DNA from: Bugula neritina
Taxonomy: Eukaryota > Animalia > Bryozoa
Assembly (NCBI GenBank): GCA_964035545.1
Contig: OZ037772.1
Coordinates: forward strand, 12,770,818-12,834,817
Direction: 5' to 3'
Length of the DNA stretch: 64,000 nucleotides
The notes beneath the pieces are model-generated. The model was not told where the DNA came from, did no database searches, and saw only the letters and a program-made list of their open reading frames with translations. Both the position numbers and the translations under genes were made by a program. This document shows positions 52,081 through 64,000 of this stretch, in pieces (the first letter of the stretch is position 1; every line of letters starts with the position of its first letter).

Positions 52081-53911
52081 CTTCACCTCCACCCATGCAA
52101 TCACTTTCATAATAATTATAAACAATAATGTACTCAGTGTCAAACCTTGATGCGGTACTCTAGTTTCCTCTGACTCGTTTGCACTTGTCACAGCACCTGC
52201 CCTCACTTGTCACAGCACCTGCCCTCACTTCATCTAGCTGATTCTATAATCTCAACACCCCTCTTCCTTACAATCTTGCTGGGGAACATAGACTCTGGTG
52301 ATTCTATCTACTACCTTGCCTTTCAGGCATATTATCTTGTGCTTAGACTAGCTGACTGTCATTTTGTGTTTTCCCTGCATGCTGAGATAGGGAGCTCAAA
52401 AACTCAGTTTGTTGCTCTACTATTTTCTCCAGAAGGCTGGAAGCTGTTTATATAAGCCAAGAAACCACATTATATAAAACCTTGGCAGCTAGCATTGACC
52501 TACTGATTGTAGACTCTGATGCTGTAGTGGTGGATGACACCTTCCCTCACTTCTAAGATAGTCCTAGCTCAAATCCAACAGGAGACAACAACTTCTACTA
52601 ACAAAAGCTCTCTGTGCTATTCAAGTCAGTGATAAACTGCCTAAACATGACCATTTCTGCTCAATGCTGGACCAACCTAGGCTTCTCCTAGTATCAATAC
52701 TCACATTACATGTTTAATCTGTATATTTGAATCTTGCAATCACTTGTCCAATTATGTAATATCTTTTATTGCAGGACAATTCTATGACGTATTATGCAAC
52801 TTTTTTACACACTGGCTTGTGATTTAATTTCACGGTTTGTTCTATATAGGCATTATTTTGTTACATATCATGCGTATTATATTTACTTTGCATCATACTT
52901 TTACAAACTTTATTTATCTTTTCTACTTTTACATCAATGGTTAGCTACAATTTGCAAAAGCTAGAATATACAAAATAAACATGTCTTTGACGGTTAAGTT
53001 GTTTTATAAGTTTATTATATAAAGGAGTATATAATCATGGTGCAATTATTACTGGTATGATAATAGTTTTATAGTGAAGGGTAATGCATAGAGTAAGGAG
53101 TTATTGGTTAGTCGAGATGGACACTGAAACATGGCCCCCAATACTACGACTCACCAGGTGTATCTCAGGCTGCAGTGCCTCTGCTAGTGTAGCTGAGAGT
53201 ATTGGTTGAGATGTTTCAGGGGGGACAACCAACAACATGCATAGTTGACTGGAAGAACTTAGCCTACAGTCTAGGCTGGCAAGAGAGATCAAAGTAGTAC
53301 CACAGGAAGTCGCGGTGGCCATGTTGGACCTAGATTAACCAGGTCAAACATGGCCGCCGCAAGAAATCTTATAGCACCATTTGTCTCCCAACAGTTATAA
53401 CTGAAGGTGTTAAAATTGCACCAGAGTAAAAATTAGAAGAAGCACTTGAAAACTATGTATAATTACAAAACTATTCAAAGAGTGTATAAAAAGCCGTATG
53501 AGTAAATATTTGAATCTAAACTTGTATAACATAATCAGTATCAGTATGATGACCCCGTAGTATAATTATATGAGTACAGGAAACGTAAGTATTTTAAATT
53601 GTCTAAATGAATGCAACTTCGGGAGTTGCATGCACCATGACTGTGACTCATCGGAGATTCCATGGCCCCCGGAATCTCCGAGTTGTCCTTGAGTCCCCAA
53701 CCAGCAATTGGCAAACAGGCCAATCAGATTAGAGGTAAGAAAGACCAGCACTGGCTTGGAGCTATAAGATTAATCATCATATAAACACTGTATAGTAATA
53801 TGGAGACCCCTTGACGAGTTTTATGGCTTTGGCTTCGTAGTCACTCATTGGATGGAATTGCAGCGGCTAACAACTAAGTCGCCACTCGTAGCCGGGCAGG
53901 GGAGATGAATC

Positions 53912-56900
53912 TTATGCGTCATGTTTAGGAATGTCGTCTATGCTTTTGGCTCTGTAGGCTACGAAGTTGTCCCACAGAGAGCAGATAATTTCAGCTGCTG
54001 TGAGGTCGTTGACGTGAGAGGCTACCATCCTACAACCAGAAGTAGAGAAGTCTGAGAGAAACTGTAGTGACAAACTATAGGGAAACTCATTAAACACACT
54101 TGCATTCGTTATTGTTAAGTTCAACAAAATCACAACTCAAGTCATGACTTGTATGTTTCAAGTACCTCAAGACAAAGACTCCATCCTGTCTCAAGTAGTT
54201 GTTAGTGAACTCCTGGACTAGCTTTCTCTCCTTATCTGATCCACCATTCAGTCTGTTCATCACCTTCAGGTACTTGCCAACAAATCTGAAACACAGAATC
54301 ATCAAACATAATTTATTTGCATTCGGTTCGGAAGGCAACAACCCGCCCCTTCCATACATAATAATAAAGGCTGAAGAAACAAGTCACATTTCGAAGTTAT
54401 TTTCTCAATTAAATGCAAAAAGCCCGAGAAGACAATCCCCAAATCACACGAATGCTACCAGTAGAAGTGATGAGAAGGGAGGGAAGTTGAGTCCTTAGAA
54501 CTGAGGCTACACAGATCATTAGCATTTGATGACTTGGCACTCAAGCTAGACAGTTTAATTAGTCCTTAAACATTCAGTTTAATTATTGATACAGGAGAAG
54601 TATGCAGTGCCAGTGACATTTTATTACCTCCAAGAGCCAAGAGTCTACCATGTAATGGGTTTCAGAGTACCCCACATGAGATATTTATTGTAAACAATCT
54701 AGAGAGCTGTATATTTATACAAGCCACTCTAAACATCACAACACAATGTTATCATCTACTTCAACTAGAACTTTATTATCCAGCTAATCAATTGCCAAGA
54801 TGCCTGGGGTAGATAAACATTAACCCTAAATCCTCTCCTGACCTAACCGCAGTAGAGGGGGGGGGCTAAACTCCACTCTGAGATATGTTCAGTATGTTGA
54901 CATTTGAAATTAAATAAATGATAAGAAAGTTTAAATGCATAGTATATAATAGCCTAGTCCCTAGTAATACCAGCTAGACTGATACCTAGTCCTTAGTAAC
55001 ACCAGCTAGACTGATACCTAGTCCCCAGTTACACTAGCTAGACTGATACCTAGTACCCAGTTACACTAGTTAGACTGATACCTAGTACCTAGTTACACTA
55101 GCTAGACACTGCTGACACCTACACTGCCGACAGGCTGACACACACTATGCTATCCTAAGGCAGCTGTTGGAATTCATACTCCACCCAACTAATTTTAAAT
55201 TAGAAATTTGACTCTACAGAATTTTATTCAGGAGAAACTCAAATAACAAAGACATCAGTTTCATGTAGTCTAAACTATTAGCTGAATTGTCAGCGCTCCT
55301 ATTTCATTCAACTTCTTTATTGCTGCCCATTCATTATACAATAATATTAGACGCTAAATCTATTGATTATTAACACAAATATTTACAATGGACTCGCTGC
55401 TTAAAAAATACTGATTGCATCATCACCGCTGACCAATTAGCAATCTCATAAGAAAATAAACCAATTAACAGTTTTTTAGCTGAGCATTATTACTGGTTTA
55501 ATTCATTACGTATTGGGGAGTCACACCACTAGGTGAGGTAGAGAGAGCTGAGTAGAGAGAGGTGAGTAGAGATAGAGAGAGTAGAGATAGAGAGAGTAAG
55601 GAGTGAATTATATTTATACTAGAGTTAGATGAGTTATTGATTTGCTGGTAGTTTAGAAACTATCAAAGGTAGATTCAAACTTGTTTTCTCCTGATTCAAA
55701 TTTAAATTCATTTCACAGTTATTATTGAGTCTATGGAATCATTTTGTTGACTTTTGAACAGCTGGTTATTGACAAACAAGCCAGTCTAGTTTAAACTAGT
55801 AACTAACAACAGAGTAGCATCATTAACCACAGCTCTGCTATTATACTTGTAATACACACTATTGTTTCTATGGCGTTAGTAATGAAAAACATCAGTCGGC
55901 CATACTGGGTGTTGTCTACGACTTTCATGTGATAGCATGCTAGTCAGAGCATGCGCGGTATTGGGAGCACGCGACTTAGAGCGTGATAGTGGAGTGTGCT
56001 GGTAACAGCTAGTAGCCATGCTTTGTTGTGGGAGGTGTGAAGGGAGACACGTTCTGTGTGACTCAGCCAGACTGACTAGACTTGGAATAGGGGGAGGCAC
56101 TTCAAAGGAAGTGAAGATGCAGACGGCAAGCTGATGAAATTCCTAACCAGTACTTTTGGCAAGCTGTCAACACGACGTACTGTCCCAGCTGCGTATTTGT
56201 TAGTTAGTAAATACAATTGTACATCAACACTGAGTTAATCATTGTGAGGTCGAGTGGAAATGCTTCCAGTGTGTAACACGAGCTGCATGCACTGCTGTGC
56301 TCGTTGGAGCTGAATAATAGATGGTTGTATAACATGTGATTATTGTTGAGTGTTGCAGGATTTATAACTCTATCTGAGTATCTGGGTCATTGCCTGTCGT
56401 AGTTATGGTGTAGTGTAGCCAATCAGAGCAGACTGACAGTAAGACTGAGCCAATCACGAAGCTGCTCTCAGTTCACTGTATCCACTTCTAGTAACTATAG
56501 TTGTTACACAGCTAGTTGGCAGTGGTTCAACTAATACATTACACTACCAGGCGTATAGCTGCATCAGTTGTCAAGGTGCCAAATCAAAGCCTGATTTCCA
56601 GTAGAGAGGTGGGGACAGACAACCCTGGCCCCCTCATCCAGCACAGTTTTGAAATGTTAGCCTGACTTTTATATTTGAAGTTAGGAATTTCTGAGCATTA
56701 AAACAGCAGTTATGGTAGCTGTGGATGGTGTACTGAGGCAGACATATTTCAATGTAGATTCATCATGAGACTAAAATTCTGAATACATTAGCTGGATGTA
56801 GAGTGATTCAAACCTGGATTATGATTCTAAATATTTGCCTCACAGCTGACTTAGTAAAGTGTAGACTGAGGAGCGAACTGGTAGTAGAATAGAGAGCCGA

Positions 56901-59900
56901 GGCTAGGTGAAGAGAGAAGGCAGTGATCTAGTGCGTAGAGCTAGAGTAGTGTGACAGAGTAGTGTGACGGAGTAGTATGACAGAGGATAGCCTGAGGACT
57001 TAGCCCCAACTAGGCAGTAGACAGGACTAATACGGGGAGAGGGAGATAATATAGAGCTAGCCTTAGGACCATACCTGGTGTTGCTGTTGGGGAGGAGAGT
57101 GAGGAACCAGACCAGCACCCCGATGCAGGACATGGCGATGACAAAGACCAACCACCACCAGAGGAAGATGTAGATCTTCTCGTTGAACAGGTTGTAGGGG
57201 AGGACACACTGTACTGTGTAGTTGTGTAGATTCTGTCCCAGTTTCCTTATCTGCAAATATATAGTATAGTATTATATAGTGTATTGTATTATATTATATA
57301 GTGTATTGTATTATATTATATAGTGTATTGTATTATATTATATAGTGTACTGTATTATATTATATAGTGTACTCTATTATGTAGCATGATATTATATAAT
57401 ATGTTACATAATACATTACATAATACATGATATTGCAGCCCAGTCTACTCAAACATAGCCACTGTGTGTTGAGTTGAGAATATCAGACAAGTCAGTGAAA
57501 ACTTTCTGAGAATTTCTTGTAAACTGACACCTTATTGGCTGCTCTCATAGACTAGAAAGAAGATGCCTTGATGCGGTGTGTAGATAAGTATGTGTATAGA
57601 CTAACTAGTATGTATAGAGATGAGAAGATAAGCAGTAATGGAAAATTCCTCAACTCTGACAGCTTTTGATGTGTAGGAATCCAATAGCATCAGATAATAT
57701 CAAATGACTCGACCAATGAGGTGTCAGTTTACAGGCAGTCAGCCAATCAAGTAGCTCGACCAATGGGGTGTCAGCTTACAGGCAGTCAGCCAATCAAGGA
57801 TAGACTGAGAACTTACCCTGAAGTCGCAGAGGGTTACTCTGGGGAAGAAGGGGGAGGCCTCCCACCCTTGATTGTTGAGGAGGTCGGAGATGACCTGCAC
57901 ACCGTACAAGTGATAGCCTGTGAATAGAAAGCATGCCGTTAGAGCTCAGACTAACATGTCACATGACTGAAGGTGAAGCTGAAGGTCATCTCTAGCAATC
58001 GGTGTAGGTGTTGAATCAACAGGTGAAATCAGGTGATTTACAATACAGAAAACTGATTCTACTGAAGTGTCAGTCTACATGCTGCCTACGTCCAGTGCTG
58101 CCTACACAGAGCCAGTGTTACATAACAGCAACTAGTAAGTTTACAGTCTACCACTGGAACTGAAGAAATACACAACTGATGAAACATAAAGAGTAAGTTA
58201 CAGTTAAACACCACCAAGCAGCTACTTACTGTTCCCATTGGCACCTATAACAGTAGAGCAGTAGTACATATCTACACCTTACTAGACACAGGCAGACAGG
58301 GTGAGTTTAACCAATGAAATGCGGTGTTAGTAAAGTGATAACTAGTGAAACAGATTAACAAAAAGACTGGAGACATTGAAGTAGCACATGCATGTCAGCA
58401 GGCCTAAGGCTAAGATGATGAGTCACACAAGATGGCTGACTATGAGTCATAGGAGTGAATGATGTGATTGGTTATAGAAGTGGTTAGGAGATCTTACATG
58501 AAGTGGCTGACACAACACCCACAGGGCGCTGACTTAACACTCACAGGCAGCAACTCTAAACAAAGCCAGGCAAGGCTGTCATGCAGAAACTAGTTACATC
58601 TAGAAGCATTAACTGAAACAGGATGTGATGTCATACAAGCGGCTACCCGCCATACGCTGGGACCCGCCCAGGATATGACAGACGTACAGACAGACAAGGA
58701 GGCGTGGTTAGAAGACAGAGTGGTGAGTAAGTGGGTTACTTAGAAAATGGTTTACCTGAATAATTGGGGTTTGAAGCTGAAAAACAGCACAACAGTACGT
58801 CAGTGACTACAACTAAACAACACAACTACAGATTCTAGAACGTTCTGTTCAGAGAGGAAACTCACTGTTTCCGATGACGTAGTTGAGTCCGTAGAGCTGG
58901 AGGAAGGCGATGGCGATGTAGAAGAACTTGACGACCATGTAGAGGATGAAGAGGTAGTTGCCGTAACGTTTACCAATCATACAGCAACTCTCGGCAGCAC
59001 GCTGTCTCATCCTTGCTAGACCACCTCGTCGGTACTCTCGTCTGTAACCTGTAACACATCAATCATAGAGTAGGGGGCGTCAACACCACCACCCCTCACA
59101 TTACCTCATATTCCTGGCCAGTACCAGCTCTACCGGCAGGTCTATATTCAAACATTAAGATTTCAGAGCTTAAAATTCAACTATTAAAAATTCAAAATGG
59201 CCGACATTCCCAAGCCAAAACTACAGAGTGACTAAGTGGTGGTTGTCAGGTGATGTGATTAGTATTCATGATATGTTAATTTTCTGAATGATAACCTAAT
59301 TCCAGCCAGTGTCAATCACACAACAGTCTTTAGGGTTGGAGGTTGTGTAACCAGCCATTAGCTATTCAGGAGATGGAAATTGGCAGGCAGAGTAATCCCT
59401 CCAAACATCACAGTTGTTCGTTACAGCCCCAGTTGCCGGGCAACAGGCTGTTCATTACCTTGAACTTATTTTCACCTACCTAACTTAACTACAGTACTTT
59501 AATGGCGGATTGAGAACTGCCATGCTTACTATTGCTGGGCATGTACCATATCACAATACACTGTGACACAGGGAGCAGGTTCCCTCTGTACTCTGCTGTG
59601 ACACAGGGAGCAGGTTCCCCTCAGCACTCCACTGTGACACAGGGAGCAGGTTTCCCTCAGTACTCTACTGTGACACAGGGAGCAGGTTTCCCTCAGCACT
59701 CTACTGTGACTACAGCAAGCAGTGCTTCATAAAACTTGGTTAATGAGAAATTCCCACCCAAAGAACTGAACAAATCAGCCACCAGACATCCTGGGGAGAT
59801 ATCTATCTGTAAATCTAATCTAGTCTCTAGACTCTAGTGAGTGATGCACGTGCCAGACACTGATGTCTAGATACGGCCAATGACCCCTAAACAATGCTAT

Positions 59901-61231
59901 GCAGTATATTACCCAGAAGTCTGTCCACGTGGTTGGTGATATAGGCAATGGCACCATCTCTCTTTTCTGGGTTCAGGTTGTCTGAGCCGTTGCAGATGTT
60001 GACAATCTGGTGGATGTCGTATCCAGCACCAGAAGAGAAGACCTACAGGAAATATAAATCTTTTTACAGATAATGTGATTGGATGAAATAGAGTAGAATC
60101 TGTTAGAGATGATATGATTGGATGAAATAGAGTAGAATCTGTTAGAGATGACATGATTAGATGAAATAGAGTAGAATATGTTAGAGATGATATGATTGGA
60201 TGAAATAGAGTGACTCTGAAGTGTCACTCCAGTTTGACATATTTCTGGCATCAACTACTAATTACAAGGTCAGTAAAAGGTCACAGTTGAAATTCAAAGT
60301 CCAGCATTGAGTTTCCACTGGAGGGTCTGATAATGCCATCAACATGACATTTGAAACCATTGCTTAGTTTATTATCAGAGTGAGGTTAAACTATAACAGC
60401 TTGCGGTTACACTCTGGTTACACTCTGATTACACTCTGGTTACAAAGTTTATTAAATTATGATAAAGTTGACAAGCTAACGAGGCAACCACTCGATATGT
60501 AGTCAGGACAATGAATTTGGACACAACACAATGGCTGCAGTGTTCTATAATAAGATACAGAGGTTTGAGTCTTCTGGCGCAGGAGATGAGACATTACAGA
60601 GGAAACAGTGGTAAGTAACCACATGAAGGGATAAGGATGAATTAGCATGTATGGGGGCTTTTGCGTTAAATGAAAAAACATGAATTGAGTTTGATTTTAT
60701 TTCTACACTAAAGTAGGACATCTGCACAAGACAGGACTGAGAGTCATATACCTTCCAGAGAAGTCCAGGGATGAGAAAGAGGAAGGCCTGGAAGGCGAGG
60801 ATGATTGGTGTCCACTGGTAGTATGTGATCTCCAGGTCCTCTCTGATGGCGTGGCTGGGGAGGTTCTCTGTCAGAGGCACGTAGTACGTGTTTTTCACCC
60901 AGCAATACTGGTCCGCGTACTTCGTCCACTGGCCACTGAACTCAGCTGGTGTCCAGCAGTCTATCGGGTCTCCAATGTACTGACCTGGTGGAATAGCAGA
61001 GGTTCTCGTTAGAATACAGATAGAGGAAATACCAGCAGTCCATAAAGAGTAGAGAGCTAGAAGTAGGTAATATGGAGTAGAGAGAAGGAGTAACTTACCT
61101 CCAGAAACCAAGAAGGCAAAGACCAGACAGATGGCGACGCTGTACCGGGAGCTGACTCTATCGTAGGAGTCGTCATCTCCCCTTTTCATCAACTCCACGC
61201 CAGATTTAATGGCACCAATAAACCCAGACAT
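53912..61231 (-). CDS. inx: Innexin (gap-junction / pannexin family), 8 core coding exons
   Basis: Exons 61231-61099, 60984-60752, 60042-59913, 59048-58866, 57917-57817, 57250-57075, 54285-54166, 54029-53912, all GT-AG and phase-consistent. Signatures DD..DR, QYIGDPIDCW, YADQYCW, YYQW, GNYL, FPRVTLCDF, QCVLPYNLFNEKIY, YLRQDGVFVLR. Confidence 0.95.
54953..55105. repeat. 32-bp minisatellite (~5 copies), innexin intron
   Basis: Unit cctagtccc.agt.acac.agctagactgata. Confidence 0.85.
58756..58776 (-). CDS. Candidate 21-nt frame-preserving microexon of the innexin (adds TSNPNYS)
   Basis: ...cactgac..ttgtgctgtttttcag|CTTCAAACCCCAATTATTCAG|gtaaac. Phase 1/1, no stop, 89 nt downstream of exon 4. 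Confidence 0.55.
59561..59710. repeat. 36-bp minisatellite (~4 copies), innexin intron
   Basis: Unit ctgtgacacagggagcaggttcccctcagcactcca. Confidence 0.85.
60076..60210. repeat. 39-bp minisatellite (~3.5 copies), innexin intron
   Basis: Unit tgattggatgaaatagagtagaatctgttagagatgata. Confidence 0.85.
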
Positions 61232-64000
61232 CTAAAATAGAATGTACATTGTTCACTCTAGCAGCGCTAACAGCACCTGGAGACTGGTGAAATCTCAGGT
61301 TGAGACAAATCCTACACCCTAGCACATATCATTAGATATCAGATTACAGTGTCAGAAAGACACTATTTACTCAGTACAGAGGTACTTGTTCCTTATGTAC
61401 ACAAGTCCTGGCAGTGATAGATGACAATGAAGAGCTAACACTAACAAAACTTGTACATTGGTTAGTTGCGACACTTGTAGGAACTGCTGGGGTCAGGATG
61501 ATTGTATCCAGTGTCACAACTGTTATTATATCTGTTTATCATCAATCGTAACACCATCTTACTCAGAGCTAGAGAGTTGTTCAACTCTCATCTCTAGTAT
61601 GGAGTAGTTATAAGTTATGGACATTGTATATTGGTTAGTTAATGTTGTATTAGTTATAAGTTATGATGGTAGGCAATTTGTATAGCACTTACATATTGAG
61701 AGGAATTTCGCAGGCATTTCGTGAAAAATGCCTTATAATGATTAGGATTGCTTCGCTAAGAAAATTCAGCAGTTAAAAATTTAAGGAACTTTATAGGGTT
61801 AATTTTTTCAAATGAAATAAAAAATTGAAGCTAAGAAAATGTAGCTTGGTATCAAGATTTATTGTGTACTTGATGACTAATTTTCTGTTTATAAAAATTC
61901 TTTGGGTGTTCTTTGGACAGAATTATGGCCACATAATGTTTACACAATGATAACGCAGTAAAGAGAGAATTCTGTTATAAGATATTGTAGGAGAAGGGTT
62001 TGAGATAAGGCACAGTGTAGCAAAAGATGGCGGCCAACCACCATAGCTTTGAAATTAAGTCATACATAGGATTGAGTACTGGAGCTATTTATGGCTGCCT
62101 GTAAGCTAAATGATACGACACATGAGCATTGCTTAGGTTGAACCAATTAAATAGCTCAAGATGTGAGAACTTTATGACGTAGGAATAATGTTTTTATTGT
62201 AGACACAAGATGGAGATGGTCCCTATCTACTCAGGAGGTGAACTGGGATAATTAGTCTCATTACCAATTAGTTGGTATGATAAAGCTTATCACTCTTTTA
62301 TGAGAAATTGATGTTAATTCATGAACAATAGGCCTTCAATTCTTTTCAAGTCCAAACCTTAGGGCCAAAATGTATTGTCTTGTTTTGAAGATCAAAGTCA
62401 TGGCTATGAAGGTGTGAAACTTGATCAAATTTAACCTTTGGCCCAAGATGAAACTCTGCAGTAATGATTAAAGAGGAACCAAAACGTATGTCACTATTTT
62501 ACAAATATATGTTACCATTTCAATTATGAATACAATTTAATTGCATCAATTCTAGTAGATAAAATTATGTTACTTATTGAAAACACAATCGAGTTACATG
62601 CGCGATTAAAATTACTATTAGTATCTCACTAAACTCTACATTACTTGAAGTTGAACTAGTTAAACTTAATGATAATACTAGGAGTATGTGAAACAAAAAC
62701 ATTTCACTGCGGCTACAAATGGGTTATCACTATAATTTAAACTTTAACTTGCTTGAGCATTGAATTACAAACTGCAAAATAAAGGTTTACTATTCACCAT
62801 GAACTAAAATATAGTCATGAAACTACATTAAAATAACCGAATTGAAAATGAATTATAAATTAATTTTCTATTTTGATAATTTTCAAAGTCAAAGTGAATA
62901 AATTTCCGAAACCTATAACTAACACTTTAGATTTAAAGCGGAAATAGAACTAATCCAATATTTGGATACCTCAACTAAAATTTAAATTGCTATTATATTT
63001 AATTTACTTCAAGTTCAAATGAAATTGAAGAGTTGAACTTTGAGTGGACTAGAAATAGATGAATTTGAAACTCAACCTTAACCCGAGTTAAAGAAAGCTC
63101 TACAGCACCTTTTATTTTAGGCTCAACACAAATCAAAATATTAATATTACCTTGCTGGTTTTCTTTCTCCCACTCTGTTTTTCTTATTTTGTTATTTGAG
63201 GTTTACACTGTTCCGTTCAGATCTTCCACTCCACTCAGTGTTGTTATCTTCACCACACTGTTCTTGTAAATAGAAACACTGAAAACTCAACAGGTGGTTT
63301 GTGAAGAGGCCAGAGATAACATTGGCTGTTTGTTTTACAAGTTCCGCCTCTTTCAACCGCAGGCCTCTACCGCAGCTCATTGTAACAATGATACTCAGTC
63401 AGTGACAATATTTCACTCAATGGGAGGAACTAAGTAAAAGAACCGCCTACATTCAAATATTGGACATCCTCCTGCTTCGGACCCTAGCTAAGACTGAGAC
63501 ACAGCTACTTCAAGTTGGCATCCAAATCATCAAGCTGCATGTACAGGTAATTTTCATTATTCTATTTTATACTTCGTTTTTAAACTATTTTTTTGCATTA
63601 TCTTATAACTCTCATTACAATTTTTCCCCCCAACAAGTTAAAACTTAAAAAGAGGATGAATTTGTAACTTTTGAAAAATCTTTATTGGTGATTTGAAGCA
63701 AAAATCTAATTTTATCAGGTTCTGTAAAAATAAGAGTTAAATTAATTATTAATTTATTATTAGTATATTATCGTTATCATAATTGTTATTTGAGCTCACT
63801 AAAAAAGTCAGGTTGAGGTTGTTTTTAAACTTGAATAATACACTAAGAATCGAATTAAGTTTAGTCAGACTAGAAGTAGAGGTCAACTAGAAATGCAATA
63901 AAATTAAACCGTACACTTTTTATTTTGATAATTATTATAAATCCACTTATAATTATAATATTACTATTAGATTTACTTTTCCTATAATAGTTACAGAATT

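Overview
AT-rich, intron-containing invertebrate (animal) genomic DNA; the innexin and gene style suggest a lophotrochozoan (inference). Host genes reconstructed by hand from splice sites and intron phases: (i) the terminal exon of a coiled-coil protein (1065-1471, -); (ii) two divergently oriented paralogous TRAF-like RING + zinc-finger + repeat + coiled-coil genes with no MATH domain (10495-24940, -, and 47352-51572, +), one keeping only one of the two RING zinc sites; (iii) between them, a 6-exon gene (27682-32651, -) for a ~660-aa protein with an N-terminal coiled coil and a chymotrypsin-fold (PA clan) protease domain whose predicted triad is His-Asp-Cys (APAH / NDIAL / GDCGS), the 3C-like arrangement known mainly from viruses; (iv) an innexin (53912-61231, -) with a candidate 21-nt microexon that would add two N-glycosylation sequons to extracellular loop 2. 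Two young full-length LTR retrotransposons with apparently identical LTRs and intact TSDs are present. The Ty1/copia (5691-10328) has a half-tRNAiMet PBS and an ORF overlapping both LTRs. The Ty3/gypsy (38989-46428) has a tRNA-Leu PBS, a -1 frameshift signal, an eroded Gag zinc knuckle and an extra non-env C2H2 zinc-finger ORF3. The rest is non-autonomous DNA transposons/MITEs, minisatellites, (TA)n tracts and a 370-bp near-perfect palindrome. The most promising candidate system is the RING/coiled-coil plus cysteine-type chymotrypsin-fold protease cluster. All exon models are manual and need RNA-seq confirmation.
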